Assembly: GCA_002104945.1 (NCBI GenBank)
Contig: MCFH01000022.1
Coordinates: forward strand, 558,001 to 622,000
DNA: 64,000 nt
Direction: 5' to 3'
Source of the DNA: Piromyces finnis finn
Lineage: Eukaryota; Fungi; Neocallimastigomycota
The position numbers and the translations under genes are program-made. Of the stretch, positions 58,007 through 64,000 are shown in pieces (the stretch's first letter is position 1; each line of letters begins with the position of its first letter). The notes beneath the pieces were generated by a model. The model saw only the letters and a program-made list of their open reading frames with translations, did not search any database and was not told where the DNA came from.

Positions 58007-61000
58007 AAAATAATATCAAAGTTATTATATTCAGTATATCAATGAAGTTTTTGGAAATGGAGGAAATTATAAAAAGCAAACTGAAATACCTCAAACCTAT
58101 GATGATTTTCTTAGAATGATTAAAGAATGTAATAATTTAAGAGCAGCTTGTCTTTTAAGAAATGATATTATTAAAGAAATTAAATTAAATAAAACTCAAA
58201 TTGCCAACTGTAGTCGCTCAGATATTGTTCATGGTGTTAAAGTATATCATATTCAAGCTTATATTAATCGTATTGAAGCGGCCTTGAAATTTTGTGAAAA
58301 ACGTATTAAAGAACTTGGTGGTCCAGATTATGTAATTATATATTAAATCCTTTTTATTATGTTTTTCTATATAAATAATAAATGTTGTTTTTAATATTTT
58401 GATAGATTTTTAATATTTTAAATAAATATATTTTAATATATGTATATATAGTATGAGAATAAAAATTAGTACTAAATTTAATAAATATCATATTTTTTTT
58501 TTTTAACTATCTTAAAAATTATTTCTTTTATTAAGCAAAAATTGGGAAATTCAATTGAAATACCATCTTCATTATATGATGTATTAACTACTCCATTTGG
58601 AAGATATTATTTTACCAAATATATGGAACATCATAATCAAAGTTATCTTTATAATTTCTGGATGGAAGTTCAAAGATTAAGAGTATTACCAGAAATAACG
58701 CCAACTAATAGAAAAGAAGTTATTGAGAAAAGCAAAAGTCTAACACCTGAAGTAAATAAAGAAACAATTCGTGAAAATGTTTGGAATATATATAATACCT
58801 ATCTTTTCCCAGATGATAATATAAATGATTTTAATCAAAAAATAAATATGTCACCAGATATTATTAATTCAATTGAAATTTTCTTGTATGGTCAACCACA
58901 ACAAACAACGGCAGTGGACCTTGATTCCGTAGGAAATCAACATATGATGGATAATGAAAAGGAAGAATCGTCTTCTTCTTTTCCATCAAATGAACCAAAT
59001 AATGATTACACTAGTATATTTAGAGCTCAAAAATATGTATATGATCATATGGAATCAAAATATTATTCAAAATTCGTTAAATCAACTCTTTATTTTAGAT
59101 TTCTACACGATTTAACAAGTAATGATGAATATAAAAATAAAATATTACAAAGAATTAGTGATATTAGTAACATTAATTATAATAATCATATTGATCCCAA
59201 TACTGGATTACAAAATAATGGAAAATTTAGAGGAAAATTTATGGCAATGAGAAGAAAAAAAGAAAATAGTTTAACAAAAAGAAGACATGGTCAGAATTCT
59301 TCCTTTATAGGAAGACGTAGTTCTGTAAGTTCTTCATTCTCGGAAAAAAATAGAAGAATTCCTTCAAGAAGAAGAAGTACTTATTCGGTTAGAAGAAGTC
59401 AGCTTGGTAATACTTATTATAATAGTAAAGGATTAATTCCAAATACAAATACAACTCTTAATAATAATTATCAAATGAACACCTCCACTTTATCACCACC
59501 ATCAATTTCAATTACTCCATCCCCAAATGGAGAGCAAGAACTAAATAAAGATCAGATGCAACTTTTAAATGAAGCTATTAATAATTCTATTAATGATATC
59601 TCGGAATCCTCATTAAATGTAACTGAACCAGATGTTGTCTATGCATCAGGAACAATGGATAATAGTAATAATAGGCTAAGTCCTGTTTCAATTTTAGAAA
59701 ACTATAGAAATAACATTTCTCAAACCAATAATGATAGTAATAATGATAGCAGCAGTAGTAATAATAGCCATTTAACTCGTAAACCATCATTTTCTTCACA
59801 ATCAATGATTTTACCTGGAAATAAAACAGTCTATAGTGATCCTCCATCATTTGTTAGTAATGAACAACAAAGCCATTCCTCAAGTCCTGTTAATCGTCCT
59901 ATTCGTGGGTACAGTCGAAGATATTATACGGTTAAGGAATACCTTGAGGATAATGAAAATATGGATAATATTGAAGAAGAATATGTAGATAATTTTGATG
60001 ATGATGACGATGACGACAACGATACTAACAGTATATTTGTATCGACTTCGTATAGTCCTTCTATTATTAGCAATTCTCATAGTGCTCGTTTTAGCGTTAG
60101 TGGACGTATGAGAAGAAGACCCAGTAGAAAATACTATAATAGCATCAAAATAAAAAGGAAAATCAATCGTTCTAGGTCTAGAGATGACTATAATGTTAGT
60201 AGTTTAAAAAATGATATTTTACATCTAAATGTAAAAAAGGACGAGACCAAAGATGAGAAAAATAATAGTGAAAATGAGTGGGAAGATGAAGAAGATTATC
60301 TTTTTTACAATACCAAAAACCTTTATTCCTACAGTGATTTTCCTGATATGTCCTTGGATCTTCAAAAACCTGATGATGATGAAAAAAGTACAGATACAGA
60401 ATCTGTTGCTAAAACTATCACCTATAACATCCTTAAGGACAATACATCAACAAAGAATGGATACTCTTCATCTTATGCAATCTCCACAGAAGATCCCACC
60501 AATCTTAGTTCTAATCATTTCATAAATAATCATAGCATTGTTGATTTTGCGTCTGATAGTGAAAGCGTCTATAGTCATTTCAATGAACATGAAGAATATA
60601 ATCCAACACAAACAATATATTACAACACCCAAGAACAAGAAGAAATTAAAACAACCCAAACCATTTATTATGATACAAAAGATCATGAAACTAAACCTTT
60701 AGATAGCTCAAATGTTCATTCTGAGGTATTTGAAGAAAATGCTCAAAATCAATTACCACCAGATATTATTATTAGAGGCCCATCTGAAGACGATAAACAA
60801 CCCGCTTATGTAAAGCAATACAGCAACAATAATAACAATGATAACAATAGTAATATAACTACTGTTAATAATAATGTTAATAATAGTAACAATAATGAAA
60901 ATAATGATAATGTTAATAAAACAAAAGAAAATAAATTAGAAAAGGCTAAAGATGAAAAAAGAAAGAGTAATAATTATACTATTTCAACAAATAATAATTC

Positions 61001-62022
61001 AACTGGTAATGAAAAAGTTGAAAGTAATAATACTGTTAATGAAAAAAGTAGTGATAAAAAGAAATATAAATTAAGTATTCGAAGTTTAAGCAGCTCATCA
61101 CTTAAAGAAAAATTCTTCTCTAGTGAAAGAAGAAAAAGCAATGCTGGTATTGTAAGCATACCAAAGACTGAGGAACCATTAGGTGATAGTAATCAAAATT
61201 CAGCAATTATAAGAGAATATTTATCTGATAATGAATATGACAAATCAGATTATATTTCTCCTCTTGATGGTAATTCAACAAAAAATAAGCGTTTAAGTAA
61301 TATGAGTTCATTTTCATCTATTTCGAGGGAAAATTCTATTTATGTAAATAAAAGAAATAGCACGCAAAGTAACTTTAGTATAAGTAACAGTTTAAAAATG
61401 GAAATTTTAAATGATAAGAATAAGAAAGAAGAAAAAGAAGGTGGAGAAGAAGAAGAAGAAGATATTAATGGTGGAAGTATGTTATATAAAGATAAATATT
61501 CTCTTAATAAAAAAACTAGTACAGAATCTCAGAAGAGCCGTAAAGGATTGAAAAAATTACTTAATTCTAAGATTAAAAAAAGAGAAAGGAAAAAGATAAT
61601 GGAGGATGCTCTAAAATTAAATTATGATGTTGGAGAAGAAGAAGAAGAAGATGATGATGATAAAGATGATACTAAATCCAAAAGACATAGTATTATTTCT
61701 GATGAATCAAATGGTGATGTGGCTGTTACTTCATTCCATTATGCTTCACCTGGTGATTTATTAGTTTCATCATTAATTGCTCAAGTAGACGAATCAATGA
61801 AGGAATTAGAAGCTCAAAAGAAAAATATTGATGATTTAATCACCAATGCTATCATAAATAAAGAAAGTAGAAGATTAGAATTATTGCAAGATGCAAAGAG
61901 TCAATTAGAAAATCATGCTAATGATTTAAAAAAACAAAAAGAACTCTATATTATTCAAGCAAGAGAAAATGCCATTACTCCTGTAAGTTAATTAGCTATT
62001 AATTTAATAATACCTATATTTA

Positions 62023-62061
<39 letters not shown>

Positions 62062-63328
62062 TATTTGGAATATATTTTTTGTTTTGTATTTACTTTTAGA
62101 TATAGAAATTTAATTAATTTTTTTTTTTTTTTGATTTTATTTGTATATTTTTATAGAAAAATGTATCTATATCCATTTCCGATTGTCATATTAAGCATGA
62201 TGGAAATAAAAGTTTCGCTCTTTATATTATTGAAGTAAATAGAACCAATCCAAATGGTTGTACATCAGGATGGATTGTAACAAGAAGATATAGTGAATTT
62301 GTATTATTACATGAACAATTAAGAAATAAATATTGGAGTATTGTTCATAATTATGAACTTCCTGGAAAAACTATATTCTCATGGATTATACCAAAACCAG
62401 ATGTTCAAGTTAGACGTACAGCAATAGAAAAGAGACGAATTGCCTTGGAAAAATATTTAAGAGTAAGTATTTTATATTTGAATATTAAATAGATATTAAA
62501 TAGATAAATTAAATCCCTAGATGAGGGTATAATTCATCATTATTATCATCACTATCATCATTTTTAATAAGACTTTAATAAAACTATATTGAAATAAGAA
62601 GTTAATTATAAGAATTATTAATATGACTAATAACTCTCATAATATCGATATTTTTACTTTTTTTTTTTTTTTTTTTATAGAATCTTCTTAGTCATGAAGA
62701 AATTTGTAAATCTATTGAATTAAGAAAATTCATTTCTCAACAAAATGTTGATATGCCACCATCCTTTAAATATAATAAAATTAATATTGGAGCTTATGAA
62801 GATGATTATATTAAAAGAAATAATGCAGTTTGTTTATCGAGTGAAAATTCATCCTCATCCCTTGCAGCTATTCCATTAACAAATGAAAATAATAGTAATG
62901 ATCATGAAATAAAAAGATCCAGTTTTTACAAATTTAACAATAAGTCTATGCCTAATGTTTATAAAAGTAGTAAGGATCAATCGAATCAAATTAAGAAAAG
63001 TTCTACAGTATTAACGCCCTATTCAAAACTATTAGAAAAGAATAGTAATAATCAAACTATGGGAAATTTAAATTTTGATGGATTTAAAGGTGGAAAAATT
63101 ATTGATGGTATTTTTGATATTATCATGGAACTTTTTGGAATAAAAAATAAAATTGATTGGTATAATTGGTTACAACATAAAGCCTTTTTATCTTTCTTCC
63201 AACAAGTATTTAGTGGTACTCTTGATAAGTATGTGGTTTTTATTCATTTTGTATACTTTAATCATCCAAAACATATACATATAAAATAAAAAAAATATTA
63301 ATTAATGGTAATCCTAAATAATTATTCT

Positions 63329-63360
<32 letters not shown>

Positions 63361-63883
63361 TCAAAAATCATATAAAATAATTTAACAGGAAAATAAGGCA
63401 AGATATACAATATTTAGTTTCAGAGCCTATGATTGAATTTTATTTAGATCAGCTTAATGATTCATTATGGCCAGATGGTGAATTCTTTATTAATAAAAGA
63501 ACTAGAGAATGGGAAGAAAATCATATACCTTTTGAACGAACCGAAGAACAAAAAAAGAAATCAAAAATTGAATGTTATCAAAAACTTACCACTCAACTTC
63601 CAGGTAAATGAAAAAAATAAAAAATAAAAATAAAAATAAAATAGTATAAATAATGAATTAAAGGATTTAATTTATAAAAAAATTATTAACACCTTTTTTT
63701 TTTTTTTTTTTTAATAAAACAGAATTATTAGGTAGTCTTATAGGTAGAAAAAAAGCCAATTATGGTGCTGAATTCCTATTTGAACTTTTCCAAAATAGAA
63801 GACTTAATCAACATTTAATGTATACTTTATTTGATGAACTTTTTAAAACATTGTTCCCAGAAATTGATAATGAAAATGAATAA
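56741..63883 (+). CDS. MDM1: PXA-RGS-PX-Nexin_C sorting nexin (Mdm1/SNX13/14/25 family), about 1949 aa
   Basis: Exons 56741-57580, 57859-57881, 58022-58331, 58536-61982, 62157-62462, 62681-63228, 63389-63603, 63723-63883, all in phase. N-terminal TMs; PXA (IKDFILDWY..REILVCKVIQPLIDMLSDPDFYN); RGS (YFTKYM..LYNFWMEVQ..FVKSTLYFRF); PX (GWIVTRRYSEF); Nexin_C (LWPDG..LFELFQNRRLNQHLMY). Confidence 0.88.
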
Positions 63884-64000
63884 TTTTAAACTAAACAATA
63901 TTTTGAAATGTATTTAATAAAACGGTATTATTTACATCAAATGAAAGTCAGAAAAAAAAAAAAATTGAAATATAAAACCAAAAAGAAAAACGAAACAAAA

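Overview
Extremely AT-rich, intron-containing eukaryotic DNA. Composition, intron style and gene content point to an anaerobic gut fungus (Neocallimastigomycota); this assignment is inference. Most short ORFs in the track are low-complexity noise, and the real genes were rebuilt by reading GT..AG splice junctions by hand. Genes: partial DUF1752/AreA-N protein, YbaK-like deacylase with an 8-nt micro-exon, TMEM62-like metallophosphoesterase, SSXT/SS18 protein, four tandem maltose O-acetyltransferase-like genes, an orphan 7TM protein, a single-pass SH3 protein, tRNA-Ser(UGA), SPT small subunit, SmD3 and an Mdm1/SNX13-type sorting nexin. Two adjacent pseudogenes lie at 6.2-9.9 kb; one encodes a secreted Kex2-type precursor with an Ser/Thr beta-rich region and an antimicrobial-peptide-like segment. 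The most striking system is a linked set of retroelements: a 5'-truncated LINE (48.3-50.0 kb), a tRNA-headed poly(A) SINE with a 13-bp TSD whose 3' part matches the LINE ORF2 end (39/44 nt), and a 42-bp TSD-flanked insertion consisting only of the LINE's extreme 3' end.
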